IMG/VR virus record: IMGVR_UViG_2747842453_000002
Location: 56,763 to 120,762 of that record
Length of the DNA stretch: 64,000 bases
Strand: one strand, 5' to 3'
From: a virus
Lineage: Duplodnaviria > Caudoviricetes
Of this stretch, positions 27,862-38,419 are shown one piece after another. A model generated the notes under the pieces. The model worked only from the letters and a program-made list of their open reading frames with translations, did no database searches and was not told the origin of the DNA. How positions within the stretch are numbered: the stretch's first letter is position 1; each line of letters starts with the position of its first letter. The position numbers and the translations under genes were made by a program.

Positions 27862-28926
27862 TTATTCTGTAGGAAATAAGTTTTCTTTCAATACTGAATT
27901 CAGACCCAGTGCTTCTTTATTAAAACGAACTAGGGTACGTAATGCATCTTCTGTGATAAATGTCATCAACGTATCACGCATCTGATTGCCACGCTCACCG
28001 ATGAACCATTCATACTTACCATTCTTTGCTTCAATCGCAGCCATTGATTCTGGATCATTAGTCATTTTATTCATAGCAACAACTAAACGGTCACGCAACT
28101 CTGGGTTACCTTTGTTTACCCAAATTGCTTTCTGTAGACCATCACGAAATGACTTAACTAATACGTATGCATTATAGAACTCACCTGATGGTTCAACACC
28201 ATAACGTTCTTTAAACTGAATTTCAAATTGTGCACCTGGAAAGTTCGGGTCGTCAATATGCTTGCCTGTTGTAGGATCTAATAAACCGTGGTGAAACCAT
28301 AGTTCTGCATTTTCATCTGGTGCAATATGTTTTTGATAAGTTGCCGGATTTTCACGTGAACCTGTTAAGTCGCCACGCTTAAATGCTAAACGTCTTTCGC
28401 CACCTGACATACCTTGTACCCAAGTTACGTTTTCACCGAAACATTCAATATATTCATCAAGTGATTTATCTGGTCCACAAATCATCATTGCGATTGCAAA
28501 TGCTTCTGGAACAGCACCTGACGTACCAGCAAACACTGGTTTATCCATATCTGCGCCTTTAACTTTACCCATAATAATGTTCAAGTTCATAAGACCGATT
28601 GAGTCATACTCTGCATAATCGTAGTCCACATTCTCTTGTAGAAATGATACACCATTGCCACCATGTGTCACAACAATTGTATTTTCATCAAATCTTAGTT
28701 CATTATGGAATTTATTGATACCTGGAATATCTCGGGCGCCTGGAATATTTCGAATTGTAATACGCTCACCCAAATGTTTCTCTAGTTCTTTCATAATGAT
28801 CTCAGTCCATACAGTGGTACCACCGCCAGGTTTTTGAGGGTTAACGACTGTAATATCCGCCGATACAGTTGATGCTAATAGCATTGTTCCTGCAATTGCA
28901 CTAACAATAATATTTTTAATTTTCAT
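27862..28926 (-). CDS. tctC: tripartite tricarboxylate transporter substrate-binding protein (TctC/Bug-like)
   Basis: Signal peptide, PQKPGGGT, NIPGA, GGERRLAFKRGD; adjacent to tctA. Confidence 0.75.
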   Translation of the reverse strand: MKIKNIIVSAIAGTMLLASTVSADITVVNPQKPGGGTTVWTEIIMKELEKHLGERITIRNIPGARDIPGINKFHNELRFDENTIVVTHGGNGVSFLQENVDYDYAEYDSIGLMNLNIIMGKVKGADMDKPVFAGTSGAVPEAFAIAMMICGPDKSLDEYIECFGENVTWVQGMSGGERRLAFKRGDLTGSRENPATYQKHIAPDENAELWFHHGLLDPTTGKHIDDPNFPGAQFEIQFKERYGVEPSGEFYNAYVLVKSFRDGLQKAIWVNKGNPELRDRLVVAMNKMTNDPESMAAIEAKNGKYEWFIGERGNQMRDTLMTFITEDALRTLVRFNKEALGLNSVLKENLFPTE

Positions 28927-28961
28927 CTTTTTTTCTCCTATAATTTTTAGATGATCGTTTT

Positions 28962-30455
28962 TTATACAAAATCAATTTTTGCTTTGTTGAAAAATAAGCC
29001 CCAAATTGCTGCAACTACTGTCAATGAGATAAACACTGCAGGCATTGGTCTGAATAATAATTCTTCCCATCCATAGCCAAATGATGTAAACTGAACATAA
29101 GTTGTTTCTAATCTGTAACTTAAAATAAATCCAATCAAGAAACTCACCCGACTAAATTTAAAATACTTCATGCCTAATCCTAACATCATACAAATTGCCA
29201 ACATAATATAATCGTCGATATAACCTGTATATTGTGTGCTACTCCATATCAATGAAGCGAGAATAGGCCAAAAATAATATTTAAATGGAATACTTGTAAT
29301 ATAAACCGCATATTTGATAAATGCATATGAAATAGGTAATATAATCATAAGACTCCACAAGTAACTGCTTAATAAAACATCAAAGAAACGCTGGTCTTCT
29401 AGTACACTAGGTGTGCCTAATTCTAGTCCAACATACATTAATAGTCCCATTACGATAACTTCAAACGGTGCTCCTGGTATTCCGAACAATACAGTTGGAA
29501 CATACGATGTTGCTTTTTGTGCATTATTCGCACCTTCACAACCTATAACGCCTCTAACATGTCCTTTGCCAACTGGTATTTCATCGTCTTCTGTGCCTTT
29601 TTTTGAAACTGCAACTGTTTGGCTGTAAGCAAACCAGTCTGCTATATTTCCACCTATACCTGGAACAAGTCCAACAAATCCACCGATAAGACCGCCACGC
29701 AATCCATCCCATTTCCATTTCCAAGTATCTTTGATGCCTTCTATTAACTGACCTTTAATAACTTGATTAGTTAATGTAATTTTTTGTGCTTTCATTCTGT
29801 ATGCACTTAATAGTTCTGGGAACGCCAAAAGTCCAGCCATTACAGGAATAATTTGTACTCCTGCTCCTAGATACTCCCAATCAAATGTCCATCTGTCTGC
29901 GGCTGTTTGGGGATCCATACCAATACGTCCAACAAGAATGCCAAGTATAAGTGCAATCAAACCTCTGAACCAGTACTTACTAGAAACAAAAATAACACAT
30001 GTCATAGCAAATATCAAGAACGAAAACATTTCTGCGGTACCAAAATATAGTACAATTTTTGTATACCATGGCAAGAATAAGAATACTGCAAGTCCCCATA
30101 TAAGACCATTAAGCCATGATGTTGAAATTGCAGCACTCAATGCCCTTGCTGCTTCGCCCCTACGTGACATTGGAAATCCATCTACCATAGTTGCAGCGGC
30201 ACCACCGGCACCTGGTATGTTCATTACGATTCCACAGAAACTATCACCTATACTACTCGTAACAACAACTGCTGTTGTGAATACAACTAGCATATATGGA
30301 TCTTGAAAATATGTCACGAATGAGTAAATAGCAATTAGACCGGTTGTTGCTCCGGCAACAGGAATCAAGCCCACGAAAAATCCGTAAGCGACACCTGCCA
30401 TTAGTATGAGAAAATATTGGGCGTGCTCCCCCAAGAACTGTAGGATTACATCCAT
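28962..30455 (-). CDS. tctA: tripartite tricarboxylate transporter permease
   Basis: GLIPVAG, NIPGAGGAAATMVDGFPM, GLVPGIGG, EGANNA, LFGIPG; many TM helices. Confidence 0.9.
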   Translation of the reverse strand: MDVILQFLGEHAQYFLILMAGVAYGFFVGLIPVAGATTGLIAIYSFVTYFQDPYMLVVFTTAVVVTSSIGDSFCGIVMNIPGAGGAAATMVDGFPMSRRGEAARALSAAISTSWLNGLIWGLAVFLFLPWYTKIVLYFGTAEMFSFLIFAMTCVIFVSSKYWFRGLIALILGILVGRIGMDPQTAADRWTFDWEYLGAGVQIIPVMAGLLAFPELLSAYRMKAQKITLTNQVIKGQLIEGIKDTWKWKWDGLRGGLIGGFVGLVPGIGGNIADWFAYSQTVAVSKKGTEDDEIPVGKGHVRGVIGCEGANNAQKATSYVPTVLFGIPGAPFEVIVMGLLMYVGLELGTPSVLEDQRFFDVLLSSYLWSLMIILPISYAFIKYAVYITSIPFKYYFWPILASLIWSSTQYTGYIDDYIMLAICMMLGLGMKYFKFSRVSFLIGFILSYRLETTYVQFTSFGYGWEELLFRPMPAVFISLTVVAAIWGLFFNKAKIDFV

Positions 30456-30572
30456 AGTCTTATCCTTTAAAATTGTTTTTATTAGATTTAAGACATGCTG
30501 TTGTAACTCTACAATACATGATAATAATACGAATCCGTATTACTTTTATTTATCTTTTATATACGTATATAA

Positions 30573-31250
30573 TTATTTTTTACGTAATACGAAATAAAAT
30601 CTATCGTTATCGTCTTGGCGCAATGTTAAGACATCACAGTTAAGATATTTTGCAGCATTAGATATAAAAATAGGATCCCAGTCATAAAAGTTAATCCATT
30701 TAGCCTCTGGTTTATCATGTTGTATGCCTGGATTAACTCTGAAATATAAGAAACCACCAGTTCTAACTATTTCTACTACACTTTCAAGTTCTTTCAATAT
30801 CTTATCACTACTACCGAAATTAATACTACCTAAACAAATAGCAACATCATATTTTTGATCTGTCTTGTAATCCAGTGTATGAATATTAATATCCGCTCTA
30901 TCATTATATGGATCAATACCAACTAAGTTTTTAATCTTTCCTTTAAACTCATTATATCCACATCCAATATCAATGACATGTTCTGGACTCATACTATTGA
31001 CTTCATCAATAATTGCAAGACCACTATACTTAAACTTCTTTGTTTCAGGTTGCCAAACTTTACTAAAATAATTACATAATACTTCTCTGTCAATCTGTTC
31101 TGATAATGCATAAATTTCTGTATCTTCAATTTGCGACAGTTCTATGTTGAACACGCCATTAATTACCTGACAAAATGTATGTGTATCTAGACGCAATCGA
31201 GGATTACTTTTTAAAATTCTATCTAATTCAGTTAATATTTTAAAGTTCAT
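30573..31250 (-). CDS. class I SAM-dependent methyltransferase
   Basis: VIDIGCG, GIDP, YDVAICLGSINF, GGFLY. Confidence 0.8.
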   Translation of the reverse strand: MNFKILTELDRILKSNPRLRLDTHTFCQVINGVFNIELSQIEDTEIYALSEQIDREVLCNYFSKVWQPETKKFKYSGLAIIDEVNSMSPEHVIDIGCGYNEFKGKIKNLVGIDPYNDRADINIHTLDYKTDQKYDVAICLGSINFGSSDKILKELESVVEIVRTGGFLYFRVNPGIQHDKPEAKWINFYDWDPIFISNAAKYLNCDVLTLRQDDNDRFYFVLRKK

Positions 31251-31793
31251 TTAATTGTTCAAACCATTTATATATGTTGTCACGAATATATCACTATGCT
31301 CTACGTGTTGATTCCATTGTAACATATGTTTCTGTGCAAAGTCAAGTATTAATTTATTCTGTTGTTTAATTTCTTTCTTCATGCCGTCAACATCAACATA
31401 CCATTCATAGTTAGGATAAGTTATATTAAACCCACCTGCTTCTAGCCACCACTTTAAACTCGCATCATTTGGTCTGTATACTAATTGTATATCAGCATGT
31501 GGATATTGTTCGATTATCTGATCAAAATAATAGGGCCATTCGTGACTCATTAATAACTTAATACCTGTACTATTAAACGGTGCTAATAAGTTTTCTATAC
31601 TAAGATCCACCGGAAACTCCATTCCTGTACCAAAGTAACTCTCACAGTGACCAGAAAAATCATTATGTTTATAAACTCTGTGAGGTGCTCTATCACTAGT
31701 GTCATATTTAGGATCTTGTTTTATCTCTCTGGCAATGCCACTCCACCGAGATCCAGGTACACCTGTAAAGAATATTAGTTTTGAATCATTCAT
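31251..31793 (-). CDS. P-loop sulfotransferase-like protein
   Basis: IFFTGVPGSRWSG, later SH and LVYRP. Confidence 0.45.
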   Translation of the reverse strand: MNDSKLIFFTGVPGSRWSGIAREIKQDPKYDTSDRAPHRVYKHNDFSGHCESYFGTGMEFPVDLSIENLLAPFNSTGIKLLMSHEWPYYFDQIIEQYPHADIQLVYRPNDASLKWWLEAGGFNITYPNYEWYVDVDGMKKEIKQQNKLILDFAQKHMLQWNQHVEHSDIFVTTYINGLNN

Positions 31794-32401
31794 TTAATTA
31801 TCACTCTAACAACACCAAAAAACGGATCACGATGCACTGTATTATGATATACAATTTCTACATCTTGATCAATAGTTCTGTTATTTAGTTTAGCAAGATA
31901 CCAGTATAATTGATCATTTGCTAGATGTGTGTATATTTCTTCTCGGGTGGTTTCTTTTTGTCCATGCCAAAAGTATTCTACATCACCATATTGTTTCCAG
32001 GTTTCAATTTTTTTCCATTCATCAATGGGCTGATTTTCATTGAAACTTATCCACATTTTATCACACTTGGATAGTGCACGTTCTAGATTTTCATGTATGT
32101 TTCCAAAATGCAAACTGTTCACAGCGATTCCATAATTAAATTTTTGCAAGTCTTCAAATGCTTTATCATCTATATATGCAAATGTATCTGCTTCCAGTGT
32201 TCGATCTACACCATATATATTAGGATAAAATAATTTTAAATTATTTTCACCACATCCAATATCTAAGATATTATTATCGCAACTTTCAATGAAGTTATAT
32301 AAACTTGTATTCATAAAGTATGGCATATAATCACCACGACGGCTAGTATATTGAAGTTGTCTTATATAAAACTGCCAAGTATCGTCATAATGCTTTATCA
32401 T
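31790..32401 (-). CDS. class I SAM-dependent methyltransferase-like (likely start 32401)
   Basis: ILDIGCGEN, GVD, AVNSLHF. Confidence 0.7.
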   Translation of the reverse strand: MIKHYDDTWQFYIRQLQYTSRRGDYMPYFMNTSLYNFIESCDNNILDIGCGENNLKLFYPNIYGVDRTLEADTFAYIDDKAFEDLQKFNYGIAVNSLHFGNIHENLERALSKCDKMWISFNENQPIDEWKKIETWKQYGDVEYFWHGQKETTREEIYTHLANDQLYWYLAKLNNRTIDQDVEIVYHNTVHRDPFFGVVRVIIK

Positions 32402-32417
32402 TGTGTTCTTTCTTTTC

Positions 32418-33509
32418 TTAAAAAATAATACCATCTTCAGATTCAATTGATATAATATCCCAATTATCACCCAAATAATGCGTTTCCGACATACGACTCA
32501 CCGTTTCAATATTATTATTGACAATATTCGTTGGTTGCATACTTTTAATAGTAGTTAAAAATTCTTGATTTACGACTTTTCCTATCTGGTAGTTATTGAA
32601 TATGTTTCTGTTTTGTAACTCAAAATGTTCAATCCAATGATTAAATCCAGTACTATTATAGAGATAATTATAATTATCATTATAGTCTATTTCAAATGTT
32701 CCATCAATTATCATCATATTACTAATATCCCAAGCAGTAGGATCATCAAATTGAAAATATGCAGTTAGATAATCTTTTCCTAAAATCTTTTTAAGAGCAT
32801 ACACGTTATATTCAGAACCTTGAAATGCAAATTGTGAGAAGTCTGGTTGCACCATTTCTTCATAAAATTTCTCATGCCATCCGCCATCTACCGTTTTGCC
32901 ATCAATATCAAATACTAAACAACCATTGTTTCTATCAAGTTCATTTGCTCTGGAAGAACGTAGATATGCAGATTCGTAAAAATGTATATATGAATTTATT
33001 TTCTCTAACGCATTAAAAAATTCATCATTTTTATCATCCGATAATTGATAAAAATCTTCAAGTGTTGGATGATTTAGAATAAAATCAGATATTTCATAAT
33101 GTGTTACTCCATTTTTCTTCATATCGAAGATATCTTTTTGTAACTTTTTACTTAAATACGGAGTTTTATATTTCGTAATCATGCTTGTTGTAAATCCACG
33201 ATGTAAATAATTAGTCGTTTCCCATGACATACCAATGTAAGCATACCCTATCCATTTTCTGCCTGAAATTTTTTCTATGGTACGTATTGCTGTATTGATT
33301 TGGTCAACGATCATCTTAGCATGTTCAGTATAATTGGGAGAATGGTCACCTTGCTGTAACAATATTGCATGGTCTCTTGTCCATCTGGCAATATGCCGAT
33401 TATTAATAAAAGCACGATACCAAGAGTCCACAAATTCATTTTGTAGAAGTTCAATTTTAACAGACAAATGATTTTTAAATTTTATGTTAATCCACTTTGG
33501 TGTTGTCAT
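32418..33509 (-). CDS. hypothetical protein
   Basis: 363-aa ORF, ATGA overlap with the upstream radical SAM gene. Confidence 0.75.
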   Translation of the reverse strand: MTTPKWINIKFKNHLSVKIELLQNEFVDSWYRAFINNRHIARWTRDHAILLQQGDHSPNYTEHAKMIVDQINTAIRTIEKISGRKWIGYAYIGMSWETTNYLHRGFTTSMITKYKTPYLSKKLQKDIFDMKKNGVTHYEISDFILNHPTLEDFYQLSDDKNDEFFNALEKINSYIHFYESAYLRSSRANELDRNNGCLVFDIDGKTVDGGWHEKFYEEMVQPDFSQFAFQGSEYNVYALKKILGKDYLTAYFQFDDPTAWDISNMMIIDGTFEIDYNDNYNYLYNSTGFNHWIEHFELQNRNIFNNYQIGKVVNQEFLTTIKSMQPTNIVNNNIETVSRMSETHYLGDNWDIISIESEDGIIF

Positions 33510-35548
33510 TTTTTTACGATTCCATTAAAATCATTTATATTACATTCCAATGTATATACTTGTGTATCAAAACTCATATCTTGCCGACGCACTTCATCGT
33601 TTAATACTCTTGGATCCTCTCTAGTAGTTTCATGTTTAAATCTATGCTCAACTTTAAAAGTAAGTTGTTCATTTTCATCAACCCGCATATTAATAGTTCC
33701 CCAATATGGACTTACAATAAATCCTCCAAACTCGGACAGGTCGTCATCTAAATCATGATGCATATTTAATTCAAATGCACCATATGTTTTATATAGAATC
33801 CAAGCAAATGGCAAATATTCATTTGCTAAACTTGCACTAAATTGTAATTTCTCAGTGTCGCCGCTGAAATAGTCAAATGATTGTCCAGTTTCTTGTGGAA
33901 CATAATCTACAAAATCATCATTGGTTAATTGTTTAAAATCAAAAAATTGTGTTAGACCAGGTCGATACTGTGCATTTTTTACTGTTCCATCTGCGATATT
34001 CACAGCAAGATATAACCAAATCTGCATAAACTTTAATCTAATAAATCTATGTAAAATAGTATTAGCATAATCTTCTGTATACCAATTACTCATAAATGTA
34101 TTATCCCATGGTTTGTCTATCCATTGTAATTTATAATCTGCCCAATTAACATTCAGGTCACTAAATGGCGCATCTCCGCATGTCATTCCAGGACTAATTG
34201 CAAACATCCATTTTCTTGTGTTATGTAAAACATGTAAACTATGCAGAAATTCGGCTGGACCTTCAGTAGGAAATCCTACAACCCAGTTAACGTGATTCTT
34301 CATACCAACTTTAGCACCATCACGTAGATTATTTTCAATTTCCCAAACTTTTACCTTTTTCTTCATATCGTCTAAAACTTTTTCACTGCCACTTTCGACT
34401 CCGAAACTTAGACTCATACATCCACTATCAGCAATCTTCTGAAATAGTTCTAAATCCATCCGTCCATCACAACGTGCGTAACTATTCCACCTGATATCAA
34501 GTTTTTTATCTACAATCATGTTTACGAGATTTTTGAATTCTTTAAATGCACCATTCGCAAGACTGTCTACAAACCAGAACCGACGAGTACCATATGTATC
34601 TATTTGATATTGCATTTCATCAATGACACGATCACTTGTTCTAAATCTATATTTCCAAAACCAGGTTTCAGCACAGAAACTGCACTTAGCAACACAGCCT
34701 CTGCTAGTCTCAATACTTGCTCCTTCCGGATGTTGATATAGATTTAAGTCATAATCACTGTAATCTGGAAATGGCAATTGATTTAAATCTAGTTTACTCT
34801 GAAAACCACCAAATGTAACCATCTCTTTATTCATTGGAAGTTCTTTATAGTTTTCTAATAATGTTAATAGTTCTTGTTCACCTTCGCCCGTAACACGATA
34901 ATCAATAATTCCGGATTTAAAATCAAGTGTTGAATAAATTAGATCCTCAAACCAATCATTAAACGCTTCTGGTCCACCTACTACAATCTTAGTTGATGGA
35001 CTGCGTTCTTTAATTTTTTCAATCATGTACATTGTACTCAACAGGTTGGTCAAGTATACACTAAATCCAACTATGTCATCGCCTTGTTCAATAATTCTAT
35101 CAATGCATTCATCTAATTTAGGTTTAATAATTGGAAAAACTTCATCATCATAAACAGGGCGCTCCCATGCGAAATAATACCTACTTTCCCAATAATCTTT
35201 ATCATGATTTTCTTTACAATAATGATAGCACTCAACGTTTAAGTCATAGACATTGACACGATATCCATAATGTCTAAGTAAACCACTGAGTCTTGCAATA
35301 TTATATGGAGGAAAAATAATTCCCCATGCTGGTGCAATAATCATGGAAATTCCATCATTACTTTCATATGGGTTTACTTCAGTGTAATAATTATATCCTC
35401 GTGGGTGTACTTTATTTTGTACTACTGGTATTCTTTCAGTATCACCCAGATGACTTTCAGCATGATCTATTCGATCTTGCTCAATAAGTTTTTTAATAAC
35501 CTCATCACGATCTTCGCTTTCAAAGATTATATCTTTATTTTTAGCCAT
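33506..35548 (-). CDS. cobalamin-binding radical SAM enzyme (class B methyltransferase-like)
   Basis: B12-binding region (VGFSVY, VVGGP, GEGE), ETSRGCVAKCSFC, FGVESGS, VGFPTE. Confidence 0.9.
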   Translation of the reverse strand: MAKNKDIIFESEDRDEVIKKLIEQDRIDHAESHLGDTERIPVVQNKVHPRGYNYYTEVNPYESNDGISMIIAPAWGIIFPPYNIARLSGLLRHYGYRVNVYDLNVECYHYCKENHDKDYWESRYYFAWERPVYDDEVFPIIKPKLDECIDRIIEQGDDIVGFSVYLTNLLSTMYMIEKIKERSPSTKIVVGGPEAFNDWFEDLIYSTLDFKSGIIDYRVTGEGEQELLTLLENYKELPMNKEMVTFGGFQSKLDLNQLPFPDYSDYDLNLYQHPEGASIETSRGCVAKCSFCAETWFWKYRFRTSDRVIDEMQYQIDTYGTRRFWFVDSLANGAFKEFKNLVNMIVDKKLDIRWNSYARCDGRMDLELFQKIADSGCMSLSFGVESGSEKVLDDMKKKVKVWEIENNLRDGAKVGMKNHVNWVVGFPTEGPAEFLHSLHVLHNTRKWMFAISPGMTCGDAPFSDLNVNWADYKLQWIDKPWDNTFMSNWYTEDYANTILHRFIRLKFMQIWLYLAVNIADGTVKNAQYRPGLTQFFDFKQLTNDDFVDYVPQETGQSFDYFSGDTEKLQFSASLANEYLPFAWILYKTYGAFELNMHHDLDDDLSEFGGFIVSPYWGTINMRVDENEQLTFKVEHRFKHETTREDPRVLNDEVRRQDMSFDTQVYTLECNINDFNGIVKK

Positions 35549-36771
35549 TGGTCTCTATACTCCGCTAATTTAGGATGTACCAATCCTATATCTTGATTAC
35601 GTATCTGATCATATTTAACTGTTCGTTTTGCCCAGTTAAGTCTACGGGCATCTAGGTCATCAAATTTACTCCGAAGTCTGAATACCGTTGCATCCATTCT
35701 GCATTGTGTTTTTCTATACTCAGGTAGGGTTTCAACTCGCTGTTCGATCTGATCAGCAATTTTCATTCTATCATCGTGTGGAATTATGTCTATGCTCATA
35801 TCTTCTGGCCAATTCACATGATTAAAAACTAATATATTATTGCTATGTTCTTCATGTTCTTTCCAAAAGTCAATAATATTAGGTAAATCAAAAACATTAT
35901 AGGCTTGAACTGTACTCAATATATTTACTGTGCTTACACTACTAATATTCCTGTACATATGATAATTAGTTTCAATAGTATTCCACTCGCTCGGATGACG
36001 TATATAATCATTTGTATATCCTATGCCATCAATGCTATATTGAATATCAACACTATCAAACTTTTCTAACCAGTTAATTACTTTACCTTTTCCTCTGGTA
36101 CCATTGGTTGTTATATCTAAATGTAAATGTGTATTACCAGAATCAACGCACCATTTAAGAAATTTAATAACACCAGGCATGAATAATGGTTCGCCGCCTG
36201 CCAACTTTATGGTTTTTATATGAGGAATAAGTGCTTGTAAACTTTCATACATAGTTGGATTATTAATCCACTCTTGTAATTCAAACCAACTTTCGCCAGT
36301 TACTTCTTCTAATTCTGGATGCTTTTTGTGTTCATCTGCAAACGTACTACTAACTGCAACAAAGCACATTCTACATCCTAGATTACAAAATCTACCAGGA
36401 CGCAAATCTAACCACAATGGTTTTTCTGTTGTATTACCAGTCTCTACTGAAATATCCCAATCATGCGTTGGCGCTTTAAAGTAATTATTATGTGCCCATC
36501 TATCACTGCCGCCTCCTTTTTCATCTAATGCATAGCACATATGACATGCCTTAATTGGTTTTCCATCAATCATATCTTGTCTAATTTTTTGATATGCAGG
36601 ACTATTCCAAATTTCTTCAAATGTTTTATCAGTTAAATCTTCAAATAAACTTTCTCTCCAGTCGGCAACACAGCATAATTTTGCAGCGTTATCTGTACTC
36701 AAATGCATATGCGTAAATGGCAGCACACAAAAGTGTTTATTATCTTTTACCTGTTGTTGCCAATTTGACAT
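35527..36771 (-). CDS. radical SAM protein with N-terminal twitch/SPASM-like domain (subfamily B)
   Basis: FCVLPF...LCC...CHMC, CNLGCRMC, AGGEP, TTNGT, SIDG, YIRHP. Confidence 0.9.
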   Translation of the reverse strand: MSNWQQQVKDNKHFCVLPFTHMHLSTDNAAKLCCVADWRESLFEDLTDKTFEEIWNSPAYQKIRQDMIDGKPIKACHMCYALDEKGGGSDRWAHNNYFKAPTHDWDISVETGNTTEKPLWLDLRPGRFCNLGCRMCFVAVSSTFADEHKKHPELEEVTGESWFELQEWINNPTMYESLQALIPHIKTIKLAGGEPLFMPGVIKFLKWCVDSGNTHLHLDITTNGTRGKGKVINWLEKFDSVDIQYSIDGIGYTNDYIRHPSEWNTIETNYHMYRNISSVSTVNILSTVQAYNVFDLPNIIDFWKEHEEHSNNILVFNHVNWPEDMSIDIIPHDDRMKIADQIEQRVETLPEYRKTQCRMDATVFRLRSKFDDLDARRLNWAKRTVKYDQIRNQDIGLVHPKLAEYRDQWLKIKI

Positions 36772-38419
36772 CTTTTTTCCTCATTTCCTTAGCAGTACAA
36801 AACTGAACCATTTTATATATATCTTCCAAACTTTCTTTCCAATTTTCTTTTCTTATTTCATCTAATTTCTTTCCTGAAGCGAAAAATGTTTTCCATTGTG
36901 ATGGGTCATCTTCTACTGAATTCATATGTGTTAATACTGCTTCAAGACGGGTCTCTGTAAGACTTAACCATGCGTTATCATCCGGCCATTTCTTTCTAAT
37001 ATCAACATAAAATTTACGATAACGATTTGTGATATATGATTTCATTGATTTAGGAATATTTTGAGTGTTTAAATAATCTGGTCCATATAAGTTATGAACA
37101 ATGATATTACTATCGATGGTATTCCAGTTTTGTTCACGCATCCACCATTGCATATCTAACAAATGTAACACATTCATAATACTGACTGTCATTGTTACGC
37201 TTGCTTTAAGATTTGTAAATTCATTATTGTCAATACGTTTCATATTCTTATAAGCAGTATTCCATTTTCCAGGATATCTGATATACTCAAAATGTTCATA
37301 TATACCATCAATGCTCATTCCCAAATTAACTTCCTTAAATTTCTTCCACTGTTTAAATATAGCACCTGGTACACCAGCCATATTAGTATTGTAGTCTAAA
37401 ATTAAATCTTTGGCATATCCATTATCTATCGTATACTGCAGTAACTCTCTATGTGTATGATTTATAGTAGGTTCTCCGCCAGTAAAATAAAATCTTTTTA
37501 TATTTGAAATTTCATTTTTTATATTTGAAACTAAGTCAGTTTTGTCAAACCATTCAAATGGAGAATCTTTAACAATTGCAGAACCGTTTTCATCTGTTTC
37601 AATAGTAACATCTCCTATTCCACGATTAAAAAATGTATTCTTACCTGTAAACTTCTCCCAATCTTTATACCATAAATTACTATCTGTTGGTCCACAACTA
37701 CGGCATGCTAAGTTACACTTATTACCAAATCTTAGATCCCAATGTTCAATAGGAAAATCTTCATGATTTATAGAACCATCTTCTGCAGTATTCAAAATTG
37801 CATTATCAAAAGTTTGATTAAATGCTTGATTGGTCCAAGTTCGTCTACTACCGATACCATTATCTTCCTCATCCCAACATAACTTGCATATCTCCGAACG
37901 TTGCCCACTAAGCATTTCTTTTCTTAACTTTTTCCATGCTGTGGAATTTCTATGTTCCGATATGTTATCAGTTGTCGTAAGCGCAGTGCCGTCATCTTTA
38001 AAGACAGTGCCATATGCCTCTTCACCATCAAAGCCTTGATTATTAATCATCTGACAACACATTCTGACTGTGCCATTTGCATTTGTACTAACATGATTCC
38101 ATGGCACTGCACAGAATGACTTTCTTCTTCCATCATCTTTCTTCGCAATCATCACTGATCGCATAGCATGTAGTTCATCTACAGTGTAATCAAATTTAAC
38201 CGATATAGATTTAATCAATTTGTCATCTATATGTGTGGCAATTAATGTTCCTAAAACAACTGACTTATCTAAATCATGTTCAACAACGCTCTCTAACACA
38301 TCCTTGGGACACTCTGGATCTTGAACCATATCAATTCTCTGTTCAGATGTTCTAAATACTGACAAGTCAAATTTATTATCAGTATCAATTTCCTCATATT
38401 TTAATCCATCATCATTCAT
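36740..38419 (-). CDS. radical SAM protein with N-terminal extension and twitch/SPASM-like domain (subfamily B)
   Basis: FCAVPW...MCC...CKLC, CNLACRSC, TGGEP, SIDG, YIRYP. Confidence 0.9.
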   Translation of the reverse strand: MNDDGLKYEEIDTDNKFDLSVFRTSEQRIDMVQDPECPKDVLESVVEHDLDKSVVLGTLIATHIDDKLIKSISVKFDYTVDELHAMRSVMIAKKDDGRRKSFCAVPWNHVSTNANGTVRMCCQMINNQGFDGEEAYGTVFKDDGTALTTTDNISEHRNSTAWKKLRKEMLSGQRSEICKLCWDEEDNGIGSRRTWTNQAFNQTFDNAILNTAEDGSINHEDFPIEHWDLRFGNKCNLACRSCGPTDSNLWYKDWEKFTGKNTFFNRGIGDVTIETDENGSAIVKDSPFEWFDKTDLVSNIKNEISNIKRFYFTGGEPTINHTHRELLQYTIDNGYAKDLILDYNTNMAGVPGAIFKQWKKFKEVNLGMSIDGIYEHFEYIRYPGKWNTAYKNMKRIDNNEFTNLKASVTMTVSIMNVLHLLDMQWWMREQNWNTIDSNIIVHNLYGPDYLNTQNIPKSMKSYITNRYRKFYVDIRKKWPDDNAWLSLTETRLEAVLTHMNSVEDDPSQWKTFFASGKKLDEIRKENWKESLEDIYKMVQFCTAKEMRKKDVKLATTGKR

